From assembly GCF_036321535.1 (NCBI RefSeq), contig NC_087473.1:16554001-16618000 (forward strand): 64,000 nucleotides of DNA. Direction: 5' to 3'. The position numbers were made by a program, and so were the translations under genes. This DNA is from Camelus dromedarius. Its lineage: Eukaryota. The notes below the pieces were generated by a model that saw nothing but the letters and a program-made list of their open reading frames with translations, had not been told where the DNA came from and ran no database searches. Below, one piece after another: positions 22,889 to 34,620 of the stretch; the stretch's first letter is position 1; each line of letters starts with the position of its first letter.

Positions 22889-23429
22889 TGTTGCAGGAGA
22901 AGGGGAAACCAGAGGATGGGCATGACCCACGTCTTGGGTGAGCCCCTGGAATGTGCCCCACCAAGTGAGATCCTTGCCTTCGTGCAGGAAAGAATTCAAG
23001 AACGAGGCATAGTAGTGAAAGCTAGTTGATTTAGAGAGACGTACATTCCAGACACAGAATGCGGTTCATCTCAGAAGGGAGAGCCGCCCCGGGGTGCACG
23101 GTGGTTATTTTTTATGAGCTGGATAATTTCATAGGTAACAAATGGGAGGGTTATTCCAAATATTTTGGGGGAGTGGGTGGGAATTTCCAGGAATTGGGCC
23201 ACTGCCCGCTTTTTGGCTTCCTAGGTCAGTCTGGGAACTCATGATGCCTGCAGGTGTGTCATTTAGCAGCTGATGTATCACAGTCAGCGTATAGTGAGGC
23301 TCAAGGTCTCCTGCAAGTCGGATCTTCCGCCATCTTGGGCCTGGTTGGTTCTAACCAGTTTATGTCGTAGCCTCAAGGGCTGTGTCATTCTTTTAAAGGT
23401 TGTCCCCTGCCACCTTGCCTAGTCTGTCA
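22889..23429 (-). mobile_element. ERV1 (MER4-group-like) solo LTR, apparently complete
   Basis: TGTTGCA...CTGTCA ends; internal ccttgccttcgtgcaggaaagaattcaag and ccgccatcttgg; 4-bp TSD acag / gcag with one mismatch. Confidence 0.75.
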
Positions 23430-26247
23430 GCAGGAGAGGGCTGGGCTGGCTGCTGCCCTCCACTGGACACTCCTCGGCCCCCTTTGTTGCTTTGAGTCCT
23501 GTACAGGGAACTTGTGCCATTTCCTCGAATTTGGCAGCTGCTCCTCAGATGCCCGCTCTTTGCCTGGCACCTCAAGAAGGTGCGTTTAGTGCAGCCCCAC
23601 CTCGTCGCAGCCCAGCAGAAGCTGTGAGAAGGACAGTTGTCACCAGCAACTTCTTTGAAGTCATGGCCGTGTGCCTTGGAGTGCCCGCTACGTGTGCTGT
23701 GCTGCAAAGGTCACTGCATTAGTCACATGGGCGTGGAACGTTCGTCCCCACCCGCGTCCACAGAATCTCCTGGAGGGAGGATGAAATGAGGGGTCCGGGA
23801 GGGAGAAAGGGTGTTCTGCTCCCGTGACCTCTCCACCTGCCTGCCGCCCCTGCAGACCCTTTGTCGAGAGGGAGGTCTCTTTCTGCAGAAACCAAAGTGC
23901 AAATTACCTTGTTCACATTTTACAAGGAGGTGGGAGTGAGTTGAAGGTCAAGTGTTGTCAGTCAGTGCAGGGTGGGAAGGGCTGGGCTGGTCACTAAGGG
24001 AGCAGTGAAATACTTAAAAAGAAGAGGACGGGCAAAGCGTGGCCTGCGTTGGCTGCGTGTGGCGATTAGAAACTGCCAGGAGATATCTTGGTGCTTGCAA
24101 GAGGAAAGTATTTCCTCCTTCTATTCGAGTATGATGTAAGCTGTATGGTTTAGCTTATGTCTTTGTATGGTTTTATGCCCCTCGAACCCCGTGATGAACG
24201 GGCCACATCTTCCTGGGTAACTTTCAAAGATGCACTCTTTCATTTTAATGCTTAGACAAGCCGAGCAGTCAATGGCCACACAGTGTTCAGGTTTCTAGAC
24301 ATGGGGTGCTTTTCCCCGAGTCATCCTTAGAAGCTTTGGACACATGGGTCAAGACACAGAGAGTGATGGCTGCACAGAAACCTTTCGAGGCGTTTTTACA
24401 GTGTGCTGCTTGGTAATCCTGCTGTTTCTAAGACGGAGGGGGATGCCCCACAGTTCCCAGGGCTGTCGCGTGACTGGGAATCAAGTCCCGTGCTGGGTGG
24501 GCCGCGTGGACCCGGCGCTGGTGCTGGTTCTTGGCCGGATTCGCGTCGTGTCTGTTTTCTGTCCTGCACTTAGCTGCTCTGCTCAATTTGTGTGAGAACA
24601 AGGCCTGGGCAGAGAGGCCCAGAGGTTCCCGTTCCCCGTCAACGGCACAGGCCCACCCAGCCCCGTTTGCAGCTAAGTCTTCCTGCCAGACTCTCGTCCT
24701 CCCCGCTCGCCTGGACTGGCCCATCCGCTTTTAAGACTTCAGATTCTCTTGCAGTGTCTCTGCCCTTCTGGAACTCTCGTCAGCAGGTGAACAGAGCTCC
24801 ACTGCCGCCCTGGGAGGGCGTTTTTGACAACTGCTGAGCGGGGAGGGCGGGGGAAAGGAGAAAGGGGAAAGGGGGTAGGAGGGACGTTAGGTGCTCCCGA
24901 CACATGTGCACACTCAGGGCCTCAGTTACTCCTCTGACCGTATTTACAATGGGCTGCCATCGCGCTCGGCCTTTCAGAGGAGTCAGCATCTCAAATGGCT
25001 CTGTCCAGACTCCCTGGTCCGCCTGCTGGCTTTTTCCCCCGAGTCACTTGCGGGGCCCAGCCTTTCTGGCTGACGGACACGGACACACTTCAGCGTGTCT
25101 TGCAGCCTCGCCCCCCACGCCCGTCCTCCCTGCTGTCCCTCAGGCTGGCCTCCGTGATGTTCGCCGTTCTTCACCGCTTGCGTCCTGAACGTTATGTTTC
25201 ACACCTCAGAGCTATGAGGGGATGATTCATTCCAGAATTGGGTGGGGGCAAACGGTGAACTGAAAACAGAAACCAGTAAGCGGTGCACGCCTGGAGGGGC
25301 AGGGAGACTTTCAGAAGGAGGGTGTGTCAGTTACGCTCCCTGAATCGGGGCCATAAATACCCAGCAAGCCTGTCCTCACCACGCCCCCATTCCTCCTTTT
25401 ATTTCCTGGACCTTCAGCGGCATGTGGACCGGGCCTCCGGGTGTGAATGCACTGCCCGCGGTTCTCGGATGAGGACAGAGGTTTTGGGCCCCTGTTTTGC
25501 TTAGTGCCACGGTTTCTGAGCCACCAGTTTCCCCTCGCAGCTGCCTGCGTCCTCCTGGGAAGGAGCCCGGCACAAACACAAAACAAAACCTGCCTTCAGG
25601 ACTCCAGCTTAGCACCGTTACCCCAAGGGATCAACCAGATCTCCTCCTCGGCCCCAGCTGGAATTTCGTGGGTGCACTGCACAGGGCTTCCAGATCCTCA
25701 GGTCTTTCAAAACAGAATGTCAGTTGAAGTCAGTTGACATTTAAGTGCCTGTTTGTGGTCCCAGATCAAACAATAGGGACATTTAGAATACGGTCAGGTC
25801 ATAACTGTAAAAAGGCAGGGACAGAAATGTCACCAACAGGAAGTGTCAGCATCAGATAACCAAGAAGCACACCTGGACCGTATAAGCAGCCATTTCCCCA
25901 CCCTGACATGGAGACCATCATCTCACGGTAGAAGCAGAGAATCTGTTTAAAAGAAAAAAAAAAAAATTGCCAGAGGGCTTCAGAAGTCCTCCGAGGACGT
26001 CGGTGGGCCTAGCTGTCCTGTGTGCCCAGGGCTGTCCAGGTTTCGCTCCTTCTCCTGGGCCCCAGCCCACGCTGTGCAGGTCCCTGGTGCTGACCTACTG
26101 TCACGAGAAGTAGTAACTCACTTTGTCCTTGCCTTGGCCCTGGGGCAAGTCGGCTCATAAATAACTCAGCCCCAGAGGAAAGTAAAGGAGGGAAGGAAAG
26201 AAAAGAAGTCAGTGACCTGTTCCAGAGCAGACCAGCAGTAACAGTGT

Positions 26248-26250
<3 letters not shown>

Positions 26251-26330
<80 letters not shown>
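26251..26330. repeat. Compound microsatellite (AG)20-TGAG-(TG)18
   Basis: Read directly. Confidence 0.98.
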
Positions 26331-26331
<1 letters not shown>

Positions 26332-27187
26332 CGAGAGCAGCCCTCTTAGGTGTCTGGTTCCTGCGCTCTCACTGGAAGAGAATAAAGCTGATTTCATGCT
26401 CAGTGTGGAATTCCAGGAGCCAAGGACACTTTCCCAGTGCATGTTTTCCTGGGAGGGAAGGCAGTATATGGATAACACACCTATTCCTCCGTGGGGTAGA
26501 CTTCTGTCTCTGGTTTGGGGCGAGTCCTGATGTGAAACTTGCAGTTGCATGGTCACAGGATGGCACTTTGAAGACCTTCCTGATGCACACAGGGCGCAGA
26601 CACCCCCATGTGGATGTGGGCATCTGAATGAGCCAGAAGACATACCGCACCTGGTACTAAATCTCCGTGCTCAGGAAACGTCTGGTACACGACTGGCACA
26701 CCCAGGGGCTGAGTCTGTCACTAAAACACCCTAACCATTTGATTTCCAAACTACAGTACTTGGAATGTTAGCAGCTCTGAAATTATATTACATCGAAAAA
26801 GCTCCCCACTACCCCCACAATTTCCTCTCGTGTTCTACATGGCCAGTTGTCAATTGAGCAGATTCTTACGATTTGAATAAAATAAAGTTTTAGAGCGAGA
26901 GTCCAGCTTCGCCACCCAGCTGTGCCACATTTCAGCAAGGCTTTGGGCCGGCGATGGAACCCTCTCCCCTGTGCGATGCCCATGGACCCTGTGAGGGACG
27001 GAGTCCTCTCCTCCCCGTGGTGCCTAAACGGGAAAGCCTACGTTTCCTTTCTGTCTGTCTGCATGCCGACATGGCTGCCGTGGTGAAGTACGTCCTGAAA
27101 TGCTGACACTGGGTAGTGAAAACCCAGGCTCCATGAGTGCTTATGGAGAAGGCCATCTCAACCCTCTTTGTCTCCCTCACCCCACAG

Positions 27188-27364
27188 TGCCTGGTCTTTG
27201 AAGACGCTCCGAACGGGGTGGAGGCGGCCCTTGCAGCCGGGATGCAGGTGGTCATGGTTCCCGACAGAAACTTAAGCCGACACCTGACCACAAAGGCCAC
27301 GCTCGTGCTGGGGTCCCTGCAGGACTTCCAGCCCGAGCTGTTTGGTTTGCCGCCCTACGAGTGA
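27188..27364 (+). CDS. PUDP: Pseudouridine-5'-phosphatase (HDHD1), last coding exon (exon 4), 177 bp including TGA
   Basis: Branch-like CTCAAC, pyrimidine tract and AG at 27186-27187, phase 0 matching exon 3. Translates to [58 protein letters not shown], with HAD motif IV (FEDAPNG). Confidence 0.97.
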   Translation, partial: CLVFEDAPNGVEAALAAGMQVVMVPDRNLSRHLTTKATLVLGSLQDFQPELFGLPPYE

Positions 27365-28590
27365 GGAGCTCCCTGCGCCCACGCCTGGGACCCCCCTGCC
27401 CCGCAGACGGGCAGAGGAAGCGCCAACTCCCAGATCTCCACAAGAACAGTCCTTCCAGCCGGGCAGCCGCCTTCTTACGCATGAGGGCCTGGACCACTCA
27501 GTCTGAAGCGGTGACGAACTCCAACTTGACAGGTGGAGAGAGAGCCAAGTGCAGACGCCCCGGAACGCAGCTCAGAAGTGTCACTTGAATAAGCATATAT
27601 ACTGTGTGAACAGTTTGGGTTCGTTTCTTTCTCTTCCTTGTTCTTCTCAACCCTGACTGGAAAATGTAAAATATGTACACATCTATGTATATGCTTTTAT
27701 GTGTATATGTGTATGTGCATATGCATTATATTTAAATTCATTGTACGCTGTCTCCGTCTCCTCCGTGTTTCATCTTCACATGCAATGGCAACTGATGACA
27801 GTGAGGCGGTAATTCTGTTTGGTTTGTAATCCGAGTGGTAAAGCCATGTTATGGGTGAGCTTTTAATAAATCATTCTCCTTATCAGCAGGTGTTGACATT
27901 ATTTATGGGCCCTTAAGAATCTCTGTGGGCCTCTGCTCCGAGACCCACTCTGAGCTGTGCGATCTGTAGTTTCCTTTTAGTGCGAACATATCTGTAGCCT
28001 ACGTCTTATTTCAAGGTGCTTATCCACGTTTGAGAATGTTTTCTACCTCAGAGAGTTTAGGCCCCTCATTTGAGAACATTTATTTTTCTAATACATTCTT
28101 TGATGCAAATAGAATTGGACTTCAGAATGCATTCTTGGTACGACCAAGAGCCGTGGCCCCTTTTTGGAACACTTTATCGAATACTACCCTTTGGTGATTG
28201 ACCCCTTCTAATACATTGACTCAGCCTTTTGTGATGGGAACATTGTCAGAGGCACTGAAAATGCTGCAAGTACCATCACAGGGTGTTCTCACTGGTGCAA
28301 CGTCCCACGGGTTTCCTATTACGGATTGTTGTTGAGCTAATTCTTAACTCTGTAAGTTGTAGGAAGAAACGGTAGTAATGTCTCTGATCATCACGGGGAA
28401 TGACTGATGGTCAGTGACTGCCTCTCACTCTTGGCCAGTTTTGCATCATTTCAGCAAATTCATGTCAACATTCTTGATTGCCTGAATCAATATGCGTCTG
28501 TTCTTTGAATTCTCCTTCGAGTCGGCTGTTACGTCTTACTGGTTCCCTCACCAGTTAATTGAACTGAATAAATGTTTTGAGACTTGTTCA
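27365..28590 (+). other. PUDP: PUDP 3' UTR (end approximate)
   Basis: Follows the TGA with no recognisable repeats. AATAAA hexamers at 27865, 28567, 28765 and 29380. The 28567 site is followed by GT/T-rich sequence and gives about 1.2 kb, similar to the human UTR as I recall it. Confidence 0.6.
28567..28572 (+). terminator. Most likely PUDP polyadenylation signal AATAAA
   Basis: Canonical hexamer followed by tgttttgagacttgttca and a GT-rich element. Alternatives at 27865, 28765 and 29380. Confidence 0.5.
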
Positions 28591-29880
28591 CGTTCTATTG
28601 GTTTGGGAGTACGATTTTTACCCTTAGAAAAGAACATTACCCTCTAACAAATGTAAAATACACCTGGGACTGATTGACCTTTGTTCTCCTGACTCAAACA
28701 ACACTCACACTGTAAAATGACATTTACATACTCTAAGCGAAGCAGGCTGCCTTCACAGATAGCAAATAAAGGCTGTCATCGAGGCACTTACTTGGTTCGG
28801 GATGGTGTGCGTTCACAATATCTGTGTTGGTGTTTTCTTTCCCTTAGGCCACTTTGCATGCATAAGACAAACAGATTCAGTGCCGCTCTAAATGACGTGG
28901 GTCTGGATCAACGTCACTTTTCCTCTAGGCTGCATTTGGCTAGATGGTGTTGTCTGTATGGTTTTTAACCAAGTCTGCGGCCAAACAGTTTGTGCTTTTT
29001 TGTGCAAAGTTAAAATACAGATGTTTGGCCAAAGCACACATGTTCTTGCTTATTTTGCTACATGGGTCTGGTTGCTTTGCGACGTTTACCGCTGATGTTT
29101 TTCCAGTGAATTCAACCCCTCAGTATCACAGAGGTGTCATGATGAAAATTGAGACCAGAATGACTCGTGCCAAAAGTGTTTTTAAGAAGAGTTGTCCTAG
29201 TTTCTTAGCTCCTTTAAAGTGTGTTCCGTTAGGAAAACATGCAGGGATTCACACAGTTATGCTGTTTTGTGCCCTCAGTTGCCGCTGTTTGCTGATACTC
29301 TGTGTCCTTCAGAAGGGTTTTCAGTGCCCATGACAACCCCCAAGAGGTGATGTCATCCATCTCTTCTTCATTCCACTTAAATAAAACATATGGACACTTT
29401 CAGAACATGCTAATCACTATTTATTAGAGTTTTTCCACCTCTAGTAAGTCCTTAGCTAGAGTCCAGTGACTTACAGAGAAAAGGTCTGGAAGACGCCTGT
29501 TTCACACTTGAGGGAACTGACTTTTTAAGGGAAAGGAATCACTTCTGCTCTGCAGCAGTGCTCAGTGCTTAGCTACCTCAGTTCACGTCCCTTTGAGTAT
29601 AATGGATGGTTTGATGCTACATTTGGCATGCTTTGAATGGTGTTTCCAAATTTTAAAAACAAATTTGCACACAATAACAACGTTTATAACAAAAAAAATG
29701 AGTTTTAGGCTATTGGTACTAACTCTGTTCACCACGGTCTGCATGCTACTATTCAGAGCATAAAGCCCAGGTCTACTTCACCTTATATGAAAGTTTTCTG
29801 ACCTGAGTCTGGAATGATTACTGTTACTATTATTATCATCACCACCATCATCATCTTCTGTAAAGGGAAAATGAGAACTA

Positions 29881-30010
29881 GAGAGCAAGGGATTTCAAAT
29901 TAGACCGACTTCAGTTCCCATCCCAGCTCCGCTACTGAACGGTGGTGTCGCTTTGCTTCGCCCCTTTCCACCTCAGATGCCTGACCTGTGAATTGGGGGC
30001 AATAAATACT
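29881..30010 (+). mobile_element. MIR fragment
   Basis: agaccgacttcagttcccatcccagctccgctact...cctcagatgcctgacctgtgaattgggggcaataa resembles the MIR core. Confidence 0.6.
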
Positions 30011-31289
30011 TGGTAGTGCTGGTGTAAACAGTTGCTGGGGCCACGCTGGGGTGAGGACACTGAGCTCATACTGAAAGATTTATAAAATGGCAACTTCGGT
30101 TCTTACGATTTCAGAGTCCGGGTACCGTTGTCCACTGGCTTCTGTTGGTTGAAGATAATCTGGTTGACAGAGGGGTTGGTTGTCTGAATAGCTCACACTC
30201 TCTCTGAAGGCAGATCTTCACGGTGCCTCAGAGCGTCCTGGTTTCTCGCTGAGTCTCTTTAATAGATCGTGTCTTGTACATGGGAGCACCTTGTTTTCAC
30301 CTCCTTTGTTAATCGCTGGGTGTTTCCATTCCTTGTAAGTCTTTTCGTCAGAAAAACTCATCCAGGTGGAGGTAATTCAAGACTGTTATTTGCCTACCGT
30401 AGGCTCATTCTCCGTAGACCCTCAAAACCGAGTAAGAAGACATCGTAGGCTATTTATCTTGTTGCACTTGAGTTGTAAAGTATTTGAGTTGCTTCCATAT
30501 CTTTTTTTTTTTTTTTTCTTTTTTCAGTACGAGGGTTAGCATCCAGTGTGTGTGACAAGGGGCAGGACACACACCCCCCCACACACACACACACAATGGT
30601 GAGTGCCTGTCACACATTCATTTAGAGACCGTGAGACCGTCCCCTTGGTGTTAAAGTGCTGTCTTAAACGGTTGCTTTTGCTGACCGCAAATGCCTGTGC
30701 TTCCCAAGTTCTGCACGGATTTCTACCACATTGTAACTAACAGTGAGTATTTTTTACATCAAAATGTTTCCAAGTATTTGCCAAGATGCCAATAATCTAT
30801 TTCCCTTTGGGATGAAAACGATCAAGTATTTAAGAATCCTAATAGTCTCTCATCTTTTTTAATAAATGTGAAATCTTGGGAAACGTGCCGCCATATACAT
30901 TTACTTATTGAAAACCTTGTCAGACGGATGGTGAATTCATACATTGTGCAAAGTCACTTAACACGCTGTGTTCTCAAAGTCCTCTTTTGAAAGCAGTTGA
31001 CATGCATTCCGTATTCAAAGTCTTAATCAAGTATGGATAGATATTTAACTAATAGAATACCTTCTTCTCTGTAAGCTGAGTTAATACTCTGCTTGGTGGC
31101 AAAACAGCATTCTTTAAATGTCAGAAACAAAACAGGAAGGGTTTCCCATCTCAGTAAGCGCCCATCGTCATTCTAGAAATTCTAGTCAATGAGTAATGCC
31201 CTTTATGTTTACATACGTGAGTCTCCTGATGTCAGAATCGCTCAGGTGTTTGTCTGAACATGTCTGTGTCACCATGGTTTTCAGTGGAT

Positions 31290-31590
31290 ACTGGATTCTG
31301 CTTTGAGATTAATTTTTCTCTCACCCTCTAAAGGTACTGTTTTCCTCGTTCCCTGAGTGTCATAGCTTTGATTAAGCACCAGCTCGTGTTCCTACGTCTG
31401 AAGTCTGTCTCTTTTCTCCAGCTGACGTTAAGATTTCATTCTTGGTCTTTGGTCTTCCGAGGAATGGCCCGTTTTGTTTCGGTCTTGTTTGGACTTTGTG
31501 GCGCTCCCCGAGTCTGTGGTCTGCTTTCTGTACCCCTGAACTCCTTGGCCATGAGCTCTTCTAGTATTCCCGGGCTCATCTCTTGGCGGC
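31290..31590 (-). mobile_element. Old L1M ORF1-region fragment
   Basis: ttttctccagctgacgttaagatttcattcttggtctttgg...gagtctgtggtctg...ccttggccatgagctcttctagtatt. Confidence 0.55.
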
Positions 31591-33584
31591 CCTTCCGTAT
31601 GGACTCAGCTGTCCGTGCGGTCAGTGAGTCATGCTCAGGCGGGACTTGCAGTGGCAGAGGATAGGGCTCAGGATCTGGGAAGCTGGCGTGGGCTGTCAGG
31701 ACAGACAAGATGCCAGTGCCAGCTGGGCCGCAGGAACAACATGCAGTCAGGGCACGCACCTAAAGAGGATTAGCTATCTCAGTGCTACTGGGAGCGAGGC
31801 ACAGTGGTGTTAACCAGGAGGAGGCCGACGCCCTGGAATCAGGTACACCAGGAGGTCACAGATCCACCAACCCTGGGAGCCTGCAGGGCCAGGAGACTGC
31901 AGAGGGCCCGGATGGAACACCAGCAGGACCCACGTCCCCGCAGCGAACCTTCCTCTCGCCTCTGCTCAGCGGGGACGTTCTGTGTCTTCCGGGAGTACAA
32001 AACCAAACCCTGGCTGTGCAAACGTGCTTACCTAGAGAAGAGAGGCAAAGAGCCAGACAGTTGTCGGAATAAGGAAAACCCATGGAAAACAGTTTTAATT
32101 AGTACCGAGTATTCACATAGGCTGATCAGTTGAAAATTGCAAAATGCCCTCAAGTGTCTGCATAAGCAGGTCATCTCACAGTCTCCTAGTGCTGATCATG
32201 AGCTCAGTGCTTTGTATCTATGAACGCACGACCCTGGGCCTTTGCTTGGCTCTCTCGTGTCCAAATCCACCGTGTGTGGTGGCGGAGAGCACTATCCCCT
32301 GTGAGGAAACTGGGGCACAGTTCGGGGACGTGATTGTAAGACCGGAGGGGAGGGCAGCTGCGGAGTGGACATGAGATGTCCTCACTTCTCAGCCCAGAAG
32401 CCCTAACCATGCCCAGGACTGGGACCTTTAACCACAGGGAAATAGGTAAAACTGCTGGTAATTAACGTAGAAGGCGTCCCTGCTGTAGCTGCACTGTGCG
32501 TTTTTGTCAAGGAGGCTGTCTTCCCGGGATAAGGTACAGGTGTCCACGCGCTGGGCGGATGTCAGCTTGCGGAGTGCTCATGCTTTCTCTCTGCCCGAGA
32601 CGGCTCCCCCGTGGCTGTGGTCGTCAGTGTTCGCCACCTGCCTCCGGAAAACACCGCCAAGTGTCATTCTCGAGGGCTCTCTCTTTGCAAACACTTATGG
32701 GGCCTGCGCGGTGAGCTGTCTACTCTCTGCTGAGTTCCTCACGAACGCCCAGTCACGCTGGAGGAGCAAGTCCTCAGCCCGTTCCCGAGCGGATCCGAGG
32801 TGGCAGTGAGCTGCGTGTCTTCAGCTCTCTGGCAGGTTCCCAAAAGTACTCCCGTCCCCGGGCTCCGGTCCCTGGGGAAGAGCACCGGTAATTATTAGGG
32901 ACGGTCTGTAAATGCCATTCAGCGACAGAGCTCTGACGTTTTCCGTCCAGCCCTCCCTTCCCTGAGACGATTTCTTTTGTTTCCGTACCTTGATTTCTCC
33001 TCTCCAAATTCTGGTTGTCCGTACTCCCCAGCCCCACGGCCGCCAGCCTCACAGCATCCACTGAGAGCTCGCCACCTGAACTCTAGGAGAGGGGAGTCAG
33101 CCTCCAGCCCACTGCCCCCGGCATCCTGGTGGAGGTCCCAGGGACAGCAGCTCCAGCCTCATACTCCTGCGGTCAGCTTGCTGTCCACCACCCCACGTCC
33201 GCTGGGGACAGCCGCCCGCCTGTCTCTGGCCAGCGCTTTTTGGAAGTAGTGGCTCAAAACATACCCCGGGACTTTTCAAGGGGAGATTAACCTTGCCACC
33301 CTTCCCTTTGGTTTGGTTTTGTCTCCCGGATGTGGTCTGACCCCTGCGCAGTGTGTAATTTAGGACTCACCCACAGGGAGGTACACAACGGCCTGTTGTT
33401 ACCAACACTGCCAGGTGGAAGGAAGCACAGTGTTTAAGAGAGACGGCAGTGAGCACCTCATTTAATTTGGGGCTCGTAGGGCCAAGGGAGGGGGCCTCGC
33501 TATGGAAGTGGCATTCAAGCTCAAGTCAGAAGGCAGTACAAGGCTAGCCTGGCCGGTTTCTGGAAAAGCAAAACCCAGAGGGAC

Positions 33585-33800
33585 CGGACACTACCCAGCA
33601 TTTCCACTCGTAGGTGAGCACCCAAGAGAAATGAAAATGCACGTCCACACGGAAACTTGTTCCCAGAAGTTCAGCCCTGTTCGTGATCGTCAAAAGGAGG
33701 AGGCTACAGAATCCATCAGAAGCGACGGGCTTGCTGGAAGTTGGCTCTGCGACAAAACCCCAGGTTCCAATGTGATTTGTACCTTTTGGCAACACCCAGA
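33585..33800 (+). mobile_element. Old L1 ORF2 C-terminal fragment
   Basis: Translation YPAFPLVGEHPREMKMHVHTETC resembles L1 YDPAIPLLGIYPREMKTYVHTKTC. Confidence 0.7.
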
Positions 33801-34229
33801 TGCGTTCGTCTGATTAGCTCACACAGAAGGGTCTTCCAGTGTCTGTAGCGGTTACGTCATTTGGGCGAGAGGTGGCTAAGGCTCTCGGCGGGGGGATTCA
33901 GAGTTCGAGACATGAATCGGAGGACCCAGTCTGTGTTCTAATGTGAAATGTGCATTTAAAAAAAATCATTAGCCGACGTAGCAGTAAATGATGTTGGTGA
34001 GAAGAACGAACGGAGGGGACAAGGTGGAAGGGGAGACGTTCAGGTCACGTCATGGCGTACATCCCACTCCCGTTGACCCAGTGCTCTTGTGATTGTCTGT
34101 CAAGATACACCCATGCCCGGCTTCGAGGACAGCACAGAGCTTTAGAAGAATCCAGGTTTCAACAGGTGAAAGGTGCTCGATGGAAACAGGTCAGAGGGCA
34201 CTGATGGTGGCCCCGGGAAGCAAAGGGGA

Positions 34230-34620
34230 GATCTCATCACAGTGGCAGTCTGCCTTCAGATGCTACCGAGAGTCCAAGAAAGACCAGCTCAGGGAAGTGG
34301 ACATAAGGCTGGGTGACCTGCGGTTGGCCGGGGTCAGTTCAGGGGACCAGGACAGGCTGGGGAAGATAAATGTGCAGAACCGGGCACCGTCAGTGGAGGA
34401 GGCTCTGGAGAAGGTTTACGGAGCAGGGGAGCAGAGATAGGGGCTGTCCCTCCAGGGCAGAGAGGAGCCAGGAGAGAGTCTTTTGTCTTTGTTGGAATCT
34501 GCTGTGGACGGAATGATTCAAGGCAGGTAGAAGAGGAGATGCTTCAAAAGTCCAGATGGTGAAGAGTTCTGTAGAGTAACCTTATCTTGATCCTAAAGGT
34601 GACAAGGACCCGTGGTAGGT
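34230..34620. mobile_element. Possible L2 fragment
   Basis: Purine-rich cagttcaggggaccaggacaggctggggaagataaatgtg resembles an L2 internal segment; weak. Confidence 0.35.

Larger units (their letters stand above)
8867..27187 (+). other. PUDP: PUDP intron 3 (18,321 bp, GT-AG)
   Basis: Lies between the exon 3 donor and the exon 4 acceptor; joining the two keeps the frame (MEK|CLVFED). Confidence 0.93.

Noticed and set aside
32625-32645. 15-mer TCGCCACCTGCCTCC shared with about 58037, and CTTACCTAAGAAA shared by about 397 and 45623
   Set aside because: Isolated short matches with no flanking similarity; compatible with chance, and only partial CTCF matches.
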